64,000 nt of DNA from Octopus vulgaris (taxonomy: Eukaryota), in assembly GCA_951406725.2 (NCBI GenBank), contig OX597814.1, positions 68,324,001-68,388,000 of the forward strand, given 5' to 3'. The notes under the pieces are model-generated. The model searched no databases. It worked only from the letters and a program-made list of their open reading frames with translations, and had not been told where the DNA came from. Position 1 is the stretch's first letter, and each line of letters begins with the position of its first letter. Position numbers and translations under genes: made by a program. Shown here in pieces: positions 25,790 to 37,908 of this stretch.

Positions 25790-27512
25790 TCTGGTGGTAA
25801 GATAAGCCAGGTCGATTACCTCCTCATCAGACAACGAGATAGGATGACGCTCGCAAATGCGGAGTCTTTCCTATGTGAAGAATATACAGCGCAACATAGC
25901 CTACTAATTAGTGACATCAGAAATAGGAGTAGAAAGACTCTGAGAAATAGACCATACTGGAAAAGAAGGTTACGGAAGCTCAAAAACCCAGCAAACTAGC
26001 AAAAGTTTAGAGGCACTCTACTGGAAGCCTCTTATGATAGAGAGGAGGAGGAAGAGGAGGAGGATGGGACATATAGCTTAGAGAACAACTGGAAGCTCCT
26101 GTGGGCAATTTACTGGGGGTTGCTGACCAAATCTGTGGATGGTGTAAAGTCCCAGCTAGGCCAAGGGTGACATGGTGGTGGAAGGAGGTGGACAGTGTCA
26201 CAGGTTTACATAGCAAGAGGAATAGCAGAAGGTAAGAAGTTTGCCAATGTTCTACAGCGTGAGTATCAGAGGCGTGAGGTGTTCAAGATTGCAAAGCAGT
26301 GTATCAGAAAGAATAGGTGGTATGTGAGAAATGTGTGCAAATGGATAATGGTATACTTGTACTTAGTAATTCAGAGAAGAAAGATTCATGAAGATGCCAT
26401 TATGAAAGGTTAATAAATGATTGAGAGAAGGAGAGTCTTTCAAATATCGAACCAATTGAGGGACCAGTCAACAGAGTTGATAGTAGTATAATAGATAAGG
26501 CAACTAAAGATATGAAGGCTGAGAAAGTCCATGAACAATCGGGTATCACTGCCGAAATTATTAAAATATCAGGCAGTGTGGGATACAGCTTAGACATTCG
26601 CCTGGTTAATCGGGTTATTCAGGAAGGGATTATCCTCAAAGACTAGTGTAGTAGTATTATAGTTAGTTGCTACAAAGGCAAAGATGATGTCTTAAAAACA
26701 ATTACAGAGGTATTAAACTGCTGGACCAGGTCATGAAAATTACAAAGAGAGTTATTGCTTAACTGATTAGGAATATAATTAAACTAGATGAGATGCAGTT
26801 TTGTTTATTCTTAGGAGATGTACTACAGATGTCATCTTCCTAGTGAGATAGTTGCAAGAAAAGTATTTGGCCAAAAGTGAACCCATGTACTTAGCTTTTG
26901 CCGACCTGGAGAAAGCTTTCGACAGGGTTCTCCGCTCTCTTATCTGGTGGTTTCTAAGGAATCTAGAAGTAGAGGAGTTCCAAGTATAGAAGCAAAACCT
27001 GGAATCAAAGGGCCTTGAGTTAACCTAGCAAAGATCAGAGTTGTTGTTAGCAAGAAACATAAGATTTTGTTTCCATCAGGTAAATGGCTATGCTCAATAT
27101 GTGGGTAAGGAATGGGAAGAAATTTCATTCGCTGCACGCAGAGTAAACTATGGACACATAAAATACGCAGTAGAATCACAGATAGATTAACAAATAAAGT
27201 CGCTTTCGTATTTGACAGATGTGCAGGAACAATAAGCACTAAGAGTACAAGGTACTCTGTGAAGCGTCCAGAAGGTTCTCATAAGGTAGTAGAGAGTTTC
27301 TGCTACTTAGGTGATCAAATCAGTAACGGTGGTGAATGCTCTGAAAGTATTGTTTCTAGAAAAAGAATAGGATGGAGGAAGTTCAGGGAACTACTACCTC
27401 TGTTGGCAAAGGAAGGTCTCTCTCTTACAGTGAAAGGTAGATTGTATGGATGTCTGTGTACGAACGGCTATACTCCATGATAATGAGACATGGGCTCTAA
27501 ATGCGGAGGACA
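25790..27512 (+). mobile_element. Degenerate RTE-clade LINE (partial related copy at about 24228-24440)
   Basis: IDYLLIR, RVTWWW, TTDVIFLVR.LQEKY, AFADLEKAFDRV, a Cys-rich CSICG...C...WTH insert, VESFCYLGD and GWRKFRELLPLL. Confidence 0.8.
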
Positions 27513-27515
27513 TAC

Positions 27516-27556
<41 letters not shown>

Positions 27557-27759
27557 CTTTATATATATATATATATACAGACATCCATATAATCTACCTT
27601 TCACCGTGAGAGAGAGAGAGAGAGACCTTCCTTTGCCAACAGAGATAGTAGTTCTCTGAGCTTCCTCCATCCTATTTTTTTTTCTAGAAACAATACTTTC
27701 AGAGCATTCACCACCGTTACTGATTTGATCACCTAAGTAGCAGAAACTCTCTACTACCT

Positions 27760-28730
27760 TATGAGAGGAAGGATATTATCCATTTAATGAAAAGCTTCGG
27801 ACTTAGTATAACTATAGATACTAACATAAAGGTTGTCAATTTCTTAGACGTTTCCTTAGATCTAAATAAGAACATTTATAAGCCTTATAGGAAGCCCAAT
27901 GATAGACTTCGTTATATTAATGTAGGTTCATGCCATCCCCCTATAGTATTCACAACTTTAGTTAAAAATACTAGTAAGAGAATTTCTAGCCTCTCCTCCG
28001 ATAAGGACATTTTTAATAGCGTTGACCCAGTATATAATAAGGCTTTAAAAGATAGTGGTTTTAGCGAAAAAATAAAATATACACCTGTTACTAACCCCAA
28101 AAGTATAGATGAGGAAAAATAGAAATAGGAAGATCATCTGGTTTACACTCCCTTACTCACCCGAGGTGACCATCAATATAGGTAAATATTTCTTAGTACT
28201 GATAGATAGATATTTTCCAGTTAACCATACTTATAGGAAGATATTCAATAAACAAAATTTAAAAATTAGTTTTAGTTCAACTACCAATTTTAAAAATATA
28301 ATCGCACATAACACAGAAAAACCACAAGAAAACAGCTGTTCATGCAGGAATAAAAAATTGTGCCTGCTAAATGGAGCTTGCATGTCCGAGACCATCATAT
28401 ATGAAGCTACCGTGGACTCTATAACTACTAAAGACACCGTTTCGACGAAGAAATACGTGGGCCTTACAGAGGGTAATCTCAAGGCCAGGTTCAATAACCA
28501 CACCTTGAGTTTTAGGCACTGGAACAAAATGGTAAGCGACAAAATTATCCAATCATATATGTCATTAAAAGATAAAGGTGTCAATTACAACATCCATTGG
28601 AAGATTTTGGCCTAATGTAAGCCCTACACAAACGGCAGCGGAAGGTGCGGTCTATGCGACATGGAAAGATGGCTTATCTGGAAAAGTAGCTTAGACCCTA
28701 CTACATGTCTAAACTCAAGGACAGAACTTT
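27760..28730 (+). mobile_element. Penelope-like element fragment (RT thumb plus GIY-YIG; a third PLE lineage)
   Basis: VNFLDVSLDL, YKPYRKPN, S.HPP, RKIIWF..PYS, CSCRNKKLCLLNGAC, IIYEATV..YVGLTE and CGLC..E...LNSRTEL. It is cut off by the L1-like ORF2. Confidence 0.85.
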
Positions 28731-28752
28731 TCGAATAATTTTCTTTTTTTCG

Positions 28753-31700
28753 ATGATTAAGTTAGGTTGTATAAATGTGCGTGGAATGGGGTCGAAATGG
28801 AAACAGGCTTGTTTTCGGGACGACCTCATTTCACATAGAATCGATGTAGCTATTGTTACCGAGTCCAAGATGAAAGGACCCCAAGCGTTCTCACCACTTC
28901 TCAATGGTTACGAGAAATTTATTTCTCCTAGCCGGGAGGGAGGTGCAGGCGTGGCAGTTCTTTTCAGGAAGAACTTGGACTTACAGGTAAGTACTGTCTT
29001 TCTGGACCCAGAAGGTAGGCTGGTTGTCCTAGATGTGACGAACGTGAGTAAGCAGTCCTTCGGGTTGGTGGCTCCTAATGGACGTGGGCAGACCGGTTTG
29101 TTTCGGGAACTGGAGCACTTTCTAGTGACGTCCAAAACGGTAGTCTTGGTAGGGGATTTCAACACCATTCTCGATGCGCGGGTGGCTGGTGTAGGCTCGA
29201 GCGATAGGAAGGGGAATCCTGGCCTCAAGGCTCTACTAGCGAGCTTTAATCTAGTAGACCGTTTTCGACTGGATGAGCCGAACGTTGGACGTGGAGTAAT
29301 AACGACGGCTCACGCAGATCGTACATAGATAGAGTATTTGTTAAGGAACGAGATAGGAATAGTGTTAGCTGTCCACAATCCTCTGTTGTGTCTTACACGG
29401 ATCACAAACTTGTGACGTGTGAGGTACAGGTAGATAAATGCCATAGACAAGGTCCCGGTACTGGAAAATGAACAAGTTTATTTTGACTTGTGAAGCTTTC
29501 CGTACCCGGATTAAGGAATTAGTACAGAGGGCATTATGTGGCACCATCATTAATAATAGATGGTGGCTCGCCCTCAAAAGAGCCATCCGTTTGGAGTCCA
29601 TTAGATTTAGCAAGCAGCTAAGTTTAGATAGGACTAGAATAGAGGGCGAATTAGTTAAGAACTTAGACGAGGCTATGGAATCTGGCTGTGCATCCGGAGT
29701 GTTGGCAGCGAGAGCGGTATTGTACCGTCACCTCAACGCCAAGCACGAGGGGTGTAGAGTCAGAGCTAAGTTACGTGCAGGAAAACGAGAAGGTATTAAC
29801 GTTGCCGGATGGGCCCGTCGTGAGGAGAGTCAGAAGGGCAAAAAGTCCTGTATTATGTCCTTAACTGACGAGCAGGACCGCAAGATCTATGGACAGGAGG
29901 AGATGCAGAAGGTCCTTCACCAGCATTTCGCACGGCTGTTTGGGGGCGGTGGTCCGCTCGAGCGTGGGGAGACCTTAAAGGACTTCCTAGCTGGTGGGAC
30001 TCGGCTCTCGGCAGGTGAGGCGGAGTGCTGTGAAGGATCGATCTCTCCCGCGGAGGTAAGAGGGGTTATGGCCGAGTGCGCCGGGGAAAAGTCGCCGGGG
30101 TTGGATGGTCTGCCCTATGAATTTTATTGTTGTATGCCGGACTTGTTCGGGGACATACTGGCAAGCGTCTATGCAAACTGGCAACAGAATGGGAGGATTC
30201 CCAGCTCTGTGAGTCGGGGAGTTGTGACGCTTGTCCAGAAAGACCCGAGCAAGGGGGACAGTATTAGTAATTATAGGCCCATAACTCTACTTAATGTAGA
30301 GTTTAAGATTTTGGCCAAGGTTGACGGCTGTCGTGGAGAAACTTGTCGGGAAGGCACAGACATGTGCAATCCCAGGCAGGTCGATCCAGGATAATCTTCA
30401 CCTTCTCCGCTACACTATAGATAGGGTCGGGAAATTAGACGGCAAAGGAGGGGCATTGGTCCATTTAGACCAAAGTAAAGCGTTCGATAGGGTAGACCAT
30501 CGGTACTTGGCGGCGGTCCTCGAAGCGGCTGGGCCCTGGCTTCTACGGGTGGATCTCAGCTATGTACAGCGGCATCAAGTCCACAGTCCAGATAAACGGT
30601 TACCTAACGGAGCCGTTTTCGATCAAGCGTTCAATTCGTCAAGGGTGCCCCTTGTCCCCGCTTCTGAATGTTTTGGCTCTTGAGCCATTACTGCGGAAGC
30701 TGGAGAAGTTGGGAGGCAACCCTAATGAAATCGGATGCGGTAAGTCTGTTTCTGCCCATGCGGATGACGTCACCCTCATCGTGTCCAACGGAACACAGCT
30801 ACCTCGGGTGGCAGGTGCTCTCCATAGATACGAAGCGGTGGTAGGGGAAAAAGTTAACAGGGACAAGTCCATCGGTTTGCGCCTCGGCACCTGGAGGAAC
30901 AAGCCGATACCGTCCAGTGTTGTTGGACACTGGACGGATGGTCTTGCTAAATTGCTCGGAGTCTGGTTTGGTCCAGACTCCCAGACGGAGAAGAATTGGA
31001 GCGAGGTAACGAGCAAGGTGGATGCCATAGTACGGAAGTGGTCCGGAAGGCATCTTTCCTTGAAAGGGAGGGCGGAGGTGGCACAGATGTTTATAGTCTC
31101 TGTCGTCACCTACCGCCTGACCGTCGTGCCTTGCCCCGATTCGTGGTTAAACAAGTTGGAACGACTCCTTTTCCGCTTTTTGTGGAAAGGAGGAAAGCCA
31201 CTTGTGAGACGCTCCGTGTGTTGCCAGGAACCGCTAAAGGGTGGACTGGGGATGCCTTGGCTAATGATGCGCAAGCATGCGTTGAGGCTGAGACACCTCT
31301 GGTGTTACCTGAAGGATGATAAGGTGTGGAGTTCGCTGGCAGAGGAATTCTTCTCGCGACCGGCCTCTATGGAGGGATTTACACCCGGTCTCATTAAAGG
31401 ACGTAACCTGACTTCATGGCAGAAGGACAGGCACTCTGGCTGATCCACAAGATGGGCAAGGCCGGCAGCGGGAATACCACCTCGGTGTTCTATAAAGGGC
31501 TGGTAGAGGGAAAAAATGACGACGTCCTAGGAAGGGCTCTGGGGTTCGATGAGGATCAACTCTGCAACCTGTTTAAGAAGACTTTCAGGTCGGGGTATTT
31601 GGATAATTACCAAAAATCCCTGACCTGGCAGTGCTATAGGAATGCATTACCTGTTCGCGAGATGTTATCCAGGCACGGAATGTCAGTGCCACCGACGTGT

Positions 31701-32099
31701 CCAAGATGTGGGTTGGACGATGAAACCGTTCAACACGCTTTTGTACAATGTCGGGAGCTGTCAGGCTTGATAAGTTACGTGGAACACGTGTTGTCGCATC
31801 TGGGACGAGTACAGCTGTCGGCTGTATCTATAATTAAGATGATACCGCCAACTGGACTCTCAAAGGAAGGTAAGGCTTGTTTTTACTGTACGGTGGCAGT
31901 ATTGAAAGAGTTTGTATGGAGAACTAGATTGGAAGGTCTAGTGAAAGGGTCCTTTATCTCTGGCCTCGGTTTGTTAAAATACTTCGGATATCATCTGAAG
32001 AGCAAGATGGGGTTGGAGAAGAGGAGCCTGCCACAGAAAGAGTATATGGAACGTTGGAAGGATGTGATGAGAAAGGTGGGTGAGAGTAACCCAGCTTAA
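28753..32099 (+). pseudogene. L1/Tx1-like ORF2 (APE endonuclease, RT, C-terminal zinc finger), several frameshifts
   Basis: MIKLGCINVRG, VLVGDFN, YTDHK, KSPGLDGLPYEFY, NYRPITLLN, KAFDRVDH, RQGCPLSP, AHADD and CPRC...ETVQHAFVQC. Confidence 0.93.
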
Positions 32100-32567
32100 T
32101 CATCGAGGAAAGGAAAATCAGCTGCTGGGATTTATAGACTGCCGGGTTCAAAATTGAAACTGGTGCCTTGCATTCCCTTTCACTGTACATAACTGTTTAA
32201 AATAAAGAAATAATAAAAAAAAGAAAACATACGCACTAAAAGTTCTCGTGATAAAGGCAAAAGTAAGCCAAGGTTTCGTTTCAAGGCAAAGTAAGCCAAG
32301 TTTTCCTACAAGTTACATAAAATTTTATTTTTGTAATTTTTATAATTTCATTCGAACTCGCATAGCATTTTTGTAATTGTTTTGTCCTGTAATGTCCCAA
32401 TTCTATGTTAGATCACTTGATCATAATAAAGATAAATCCAATCGAAAATCGCTTTTTTTTTGGTGTCGGAATTTTTTATTGCGTTATTGGTGTGTCGAGG
32501 TTGTGAGTTCGAGTTCGTTGGTGGAGGCCGTTGAGACGTGGTGAATTTTTTTGGAGATGTTTCGAAA

Positions 32568-33870
32568 ATGCAAGCCCAGACGTATGCGGAAGCAGCAGAC
32601 AGAGGCTTGACTGCGAGTGAACTAGAGCTGGAAGAAGTGGTAGTCGAGAAAGAGACTTTGGAAAAATATTTCGACGGCTTGAAGTAGGAAGATGATTGTG
32701 TAAGAGTCACACCGTCTGAAGAAGAAGCAAAAGAAGCGGAGAAACGTATGATAACATACAGAACGTGGAGCGTGGCTTCAAAGAAAATAGAAGTGGCAGA
32801 GACGGAGGAAATAGAGAAATGTCTGCAGGGAATTGAGGGAGAACCTACCTTTTACAAACGAGGAAGAAAATACGCTACAGTGGTCGTCCATTTTAAAAAT
32901 GAAGATGAAGCAAGAAGGAATGTCACGAAAATTTTGAAATCTGAAAGATGGACATTATTACCAAGTTACTGCGGAAAGAGTGCAGTAAGAATAAGAATCG
33001 GTAGGATTTCGCCGGAGCTTAACATGGAAAGGATTCTAGCGGCAGTGGTTTTCAACTGCAAGGAAAGCGTTGAGGTGTTGAAGGTGGAAAGGTCAACAGA
33101 AGTAAAGTGGTGGGGTTATGCGGTGCAGGCATTGGTCCACATTACTATGCCAGACCTCTATAACATCCCGGAGGAGTTGGTGTTCCCCGACGAGACACGT
33201 CTTAGAGTCGTGGTGGAGGAGAGACCCCCAGTGTGTTACAAATGCAAAATAAGAGGCCACATGAAGGATGTGTGTCCGCTGGGAGAAGTGCAGGAGAAAC
33301 GAAGGAGTGGAAAGATACGTGTGTAGAGGAGGAAATCATCACTACAGATAATGTGGAAAGTGGTGAAGAGTTGGAGAAAGAAAATAGAAAGAGAACGCGG
33401 GTGAAATCACCACCCAAAGAACAAAAAGAGGAAGAAAAAAGCGAAAAACAAGATTACTGACGAGAGGGAAGACCGAACGTGCGAAGGGAGTGATGCAGAA
33501 GCAAAAGCAAGTGAACCAGCAAAATTAACTGCAGAGGAAGAATGGGACAGAAGAATGGAAGAGCAGTTGAAAGGTCTATAAGAGAAGAGGAAGACCCAAA
33601 GGAAAGAAACACAGAGTGGTAATGTTATATTTCAAGGACAAAAATACGGAAAAGATGTTGGCAGGTAGGAAAAGTTTAATTAGAGTAAAGTTGAACCCAG
33701 AAATATATGATGACCAGTGGAAGGCGGTAATCGTGGAGAGAGAGAGATTGGAGAAAATGAGAGATGATTATAGTGTATGTGAATGATTATATGTACGTTA
33801 TGACACTTTGCCAGCTATTGTGGATCAGGAGAGGTTGATAGAATACCTGACAGATGAACGACCAGTATAG
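32568..33870 (+). pseudogene. L1/Tx1-like ORF1 (gag-like, CCHC zinc knuckle) lying downstream of ORF2
   Basis: ATG at 32568 (MQAQTYAEAA) is in frame with the 32748 ORF after one stop. It contains CYKCKIRGHMKDVC (CX2CX4HX4C) and an E/K-rich tail. Confidence 0.7.
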
Positions 33871-34071
33871 CAGAACTGTGTTTTAAATGAAGCTGCGAGT
33901 TATGGGGGGCTCGTAAGCCGTTCCATCTAATCCATTATAAATATTCATTTCACTTCATATTTTTCAATTTTTTTTATTATATGTACCCCATGTCCTGATT
34001 GTGATGTCCCCTCTTAATTCGGGCCTTAGTGCCTATAATAAAGATAAATCCAATCGAAAACCGGTGATTAC

Positions 34072-34116
34072 CGTACGTTGACGAGAGGCAAAAACCTCGA
34101 AACTATAGCCTGTATG
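34072..34116 (+). ncRNA. Degenerate hammerhead at the start of repeat X (second copy)
   Basis: cgtacg-TTGACGA-gagg(caaaaa)cctc-GAAA-ctatag-CC-tgtatg. It is positionally homologous to 15247-15294 and has two core changes. Confidence 0.55.
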
Positions 34117-34317
34117 TATCACTTAGGTTTTCGAGAGGGGATGACCTCCCTTTGCGAATATTAGAAGGCACAGAAAATGTGTCTAAAGCCAGCTGGAGAC
34201 GATGATCTCCTGGGGCTAAAAGCTTCAGTAACACCCACCCCCAGTGGCTAGCCACATTGAGATGGCTAGTACACTTTATGTTATCATTGGATATGTTATA
34301 CAAAATTCATATTTTAT

Positions 34318-34407
34318 ATCTCTGAAGAGCAGAAGCGTTGTCTATAAATGCTTATCGATATAGGATTTCATAATAGGGACAACTCATCTGTGAAACGATC
34401 GTAAGAT
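34318..34407 (+). ncRNA. Type I hammerhead ribozyme with an extended stem II
   Basis: atct-CTGAAGA-gcaga...(gttgtc/gacaac)...tctgt-GAAA-cgatcg-TA-agat. Canonical core, palindromic stem III and a GUA triplet. Confidence 0.75.
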
Positions 34408-34637
34408 GCTTTAAATATTTAATTCAAAACTTTTAAACTGTCATATACATTATATATTTATATTTATACATATTTACATATATTTTTTTACATATTTATA
34501 TTTATTTATTTATATATTCTTAATACAACTATTTTGCCACGTTTATATCTTTCTGAGGAGTTTTGATATTGATTTCCTTTCCTAATGTTAATAATAGTAT
34601 ATTAAAAAATATGTATGTATATGTATATATATGTATA

Positions 34638-34701
<64 letters not shown>

Positions 34702-34735
34702 TACATACATATATATGTATATATACATATATATG

Positions 34736-34813
<78 letters not shown>

Positions 34814-34816
<3 letters not shown>

Positions 34817-36430
34817 TTGCGGTCAAAAGGTTCAGAACGGCATTGTTTTTGTCAGAAAAGTAGGTATAAGTTTTTATTAAAGTTGTCTCTTCACAGACAA
34901 TAAATACAATATTAATTGGTATTGTCTGAGATTTTGGTGTAATTTGAGTGGATAATACAAAAGTTATGGATGATATAGTGATTTACTGCAAAAACTATGG
35001 TGGCCAAAATGATCAGAACGATTGAAAAAATAACAAAATAATCAAAAAGTGACGGAGAATGCTGGAATTATTTCATATTTAGTGTGAAGCCCTTTAGCTT
35101 CAATCAAAGTTTGATATTTTCGACTGCATGGGGAAATGAAATTTTCATTTTCTTGCTGGGTGACCTTATTCCATTCTTCCTGAAGGACATTCCATAATTG
35201 CTCGGTTGTTTTAGGATTTCTGGCTTTCAAACGTTCTCCTAGAATATTCCACACATTTTCAATAGGATTGAGGTCTGGGCTTTGAGCAGGCCAATCCATA
35301 ACAATAACCTTTTCAGCCTTGAGGAAGTTCATGACCACCTTAGCCTTGTGACATGGGGCATTGTCCTGCATGAATATAGGTGGTCGCTTAGTTGAATTTC
35401 TCAGCACAGGCAAGACGTGATCTTTTACATGTTGTTTATAAACTCCTGCATTTACCTTTCCATGTAATCGCAGCAAAGGGCCCACAGCATCTCCAGATAT
35501 CATCCCCCAAACCATGACACTTCCTCCACCGAATTTAAATCTAGTCTTAAGGCATTTAGGTGACAATATTTTACCTGCTTTTCGACGAACGTACCTTTTC
35601 CCATCTGGGCCAAATAACATAGACTTAGATTCATCACTGAAATGCACCGTTTGCAATTTTTCTTGAGACCACAACACATGTCCGGTTGCAAAGGTAAGAC
35701 GACACTTTTTATTCTTGGAGCTGATCAGTGGCTTCACTGCAGGTGCTCTTGCTTGTAGGTCATGTTCAACTAAAGGACAAGACACAGTTTTTCGAGATAC
35801 AGTTTTCTTCAGTACAATGCTCATTTCCCAAAAAACAGCAGCAGCAGTTTTAAATCTGTCCTTTTTAACCAACTTTACCGTAGCACGATCTTCTCTCTTG
35901 GTCGTTTTTCTTGGCCTACCTGTAGACTTTCTTGCTTCACACGAACCACAATCATCGTAGACCTTAAGAATACCGTGAGCAACACTTTTTGACTTGTTAA
36001 CAATCTTTGCAATAGACCTAATACTTAAATTATCCTTCTTTCGAAGCTTAATAATCTGTTGACGAATTGGTAACGGAGTAAGTGGCATTATATTAACAAA
36101 GTACACTGCAAATATTCTTACTAATGTTTAGTAAACGAACTGTCACGTAAACAAATTCAAAACATTAGAGTTCGACGGTTAAATATACTAAAACATGGAG
36201 TAAAAGCAACCGTTCTGATCATTTTGGCCGCCATGGGTTTTGCAGTAAATCACTAAATCATCCATAACTTTTGTATTATCCTCTCAAATTACACCAAAAT
36301 CTCAGTTAATAACACATAATATCGTATTTATTGTCTGTGAAAATGATAGAATATAAAACAGCTTTGATAAAAACTTATACCTACTTTTCTGACGAAAACA
36401 ATGCAGTTCTGAACATTTTGGCCGCAACTG
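34814..36430 (-). mobile_element. Full-length Tc1-like transposon with long IR/DR-type TIRs, TA target
   Basis: TA|CAGTTGCGGTCAAAA...TTTTGGCCGCAACTG|TA. TIRs are about 210 bp, with an inner repeat ggccaaaatgatcagaacg at 35002-35020 and its complement at about 36211-36229. Confidence 0.95.
35042..36088 (-). CDS. Tc1-family DD34E transposase
   Basis: Uninterrupted ORF with GRPRKT, FSDES, GGGSVMVWG and QDNAPCH. There are 34 residues between the second D and the E of SPDLNPIE. Confidence 0.93.
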   Translation of the reverse strand: MPLTPLPIRQQIIKLRKKDNLSIRSIAKIVNKSKSVAHGILKVYDDCGSCEARKSTGRPRKTTKREDRATVKLVKKDRFKTAAAVFWEMSIVLKKTVSRKTVSCPLVEHDLQARAPAVKPLISSKNKKCRLTFATGHVLWSQEKLQTVHFSDESKSMLFGPDGKRYVRRKAGKILSPKCLKTRFKFGGGSVMVWGMISGDAVGPLLRLHGKVNAGVYKQHVKDHVLPVLRNSTKRPPIFMQDNAPCHKAKVVMNFLKAEKVIVMDWPAQSPDLNPIENVWNILGERLKARNPKTTEQLWNVLQEEWNKVTQQENENFISPCSRKYQTLIEAKGLHTKYEIIPAFSVTF

Positions 36431-36825
36431 TATATATATTTATATATATATATTATATATATGATCTGTGTGTAATTACCATAACAAATAACAGGGAGAA
36501 TGTAATGTATTCCGAAAATCTATCGCCCAAAGTACAGTGCATTGATTTTTACTTATTAGAAAGAAGAGTGATGGAAGTTGTAAGTCAATCGTAATCGTGA
36601 GAGCACATGAAGCACATGAATCACAGAGATCGATGACGACATTTAATTTTAAAGCTTATTGTTTTTATCTTCGCTGCGAGAAGTGTGACGAATATAATCA
36701 TATCATAAGACAAGTCAAGTGGACATAATTGATTGAACTTCTCACTTTTGTCACAAAATCATTATGACATTAGAGAATTAAAAAAAATTTTGTGCTCAGT
36801 GAAAAATGTTGCCATAGTTTGTGGC

Positions 36826-37214
36826 AACAAAAGCAGCCTAGCATTCAAAGAGATCATCGTGTTGCATCATCTGAAACCACCTTTCTGCTAGTTCTTTGAT
36901 CCCACACAGATACTAGTTCTTGTCCTTCGAGATGAGCTTCCCTGCTGAAGCTTCCACCTCCTTTTAGTTGATGAAGAGTGGCGGGTGCAGGAAGTGAGCT
37001 ATATTTTCAAGAGGAGAGCTTCTGTGAAGGAGTTCTTTGCCTCGAAGGACAAGAACTGGTGTCAGTGTGGGATCAAAGAACTGGCAGAATGGTGGCTTCA
37101 GATGGTACAACACGATAGCCTCTACTTTGAATGCTTGGATGCTTTTGTTGCAGCTTGACGAATAAAGCAAACAAGTTCCCAAAATATTGCAAAATTCTTG
37201 ACTCAACACAGTAA
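36826..37214. mobile_element. Mariner-derived fold-back element
   Basis: About 36826-36930 is the inverse of about 37041-37151. The right arm reads KEFFASKDKNW..GIKELAEWW...DSLYF, a mariner C-terminus. Confidence 0.7.
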
Positions 37215-37336
37215 CCCTGATTTCTATGAAATACTGTAGTAGTGTGCATTCCACTATATTGACATTTTTGTTATATATTTTGTGGAGTACGGAAGGTTGA
37301 AGGACAACGTCAACACAACGTTATTTGTTGTAACGA

Positions 37337-37409
37337 GCCGAAATAGCTCAGTTGGGAGAGCGTTAGACTGAAGATCTAAAGGTCCCTAGTTCAATCCCGG
37401 GTTTCGGCA
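37337..37409 (+). tRNA. tRNA-Phe (GAA)
   Basis: GCCGAAATAGCTCAGTTGGGAGAGCGTTAGACTGAAGATCTAAAGGTCCCTAGTTCAATCCCGGGTTTCGGCA forms a cloverleaf with a GAA anticodon. A TTTTT terminator follows at 37426-37430. Confidence 0.93.
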
Positions 37410-37778
37410 TCCAGTGGTTGGACTATTTTTAAAGGTGGTGCGCCAGCATAGCAGCGGTCAAATGACTGAAACAAGTAAACTAAACTAAACTCTACATAAT
37501 AACTGGTTTGAGTTCCACGAATTCATTAGGATTAACAAAATACATTTATTCTATTCTTCGGCAATTATTGCATTGCTACATTTAAGAAAGGGTAATAACA
37601 TCACCATAATAATGCTGAATAAGAGACACTAAGACTACTATTTTGTTAAGATCAGTTCTAATATCTTCATAAAGGAAAATAATATTTAATGCCTCCTCAA
37701 ATAGAAAGGCTGATATATTATAAGTAGATTCAGTACCTTAATTAATTACATTTTATAAGCTATTCTAAGAGCACTTAC

Positions 37779-37908
37779 CTCAAATAAACTCTCTTGCATG
37801 TGTAGTTTGGTATTAAAAAGCAGAGTTATACCCTGGTGCAGCAAAAATCCGATGATTCCGACAGTCATTCCAATTAAGCCCATCACGACCCAACGCAATG
37901 TGTTAAAT
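37779..37908 (-). CDS. CLC chloride channel/transporter exon (first transmembrane helix, CLC-6/7-like)
   Basis: taatag|xFNTLRWVVMGLIGMTVGIIGFLLHQGITLLFNTKLHMQESLFE|gtaagt. It is 130 nt and ends in phase 0, matching the 25186 exon. Confidence 0.88.
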
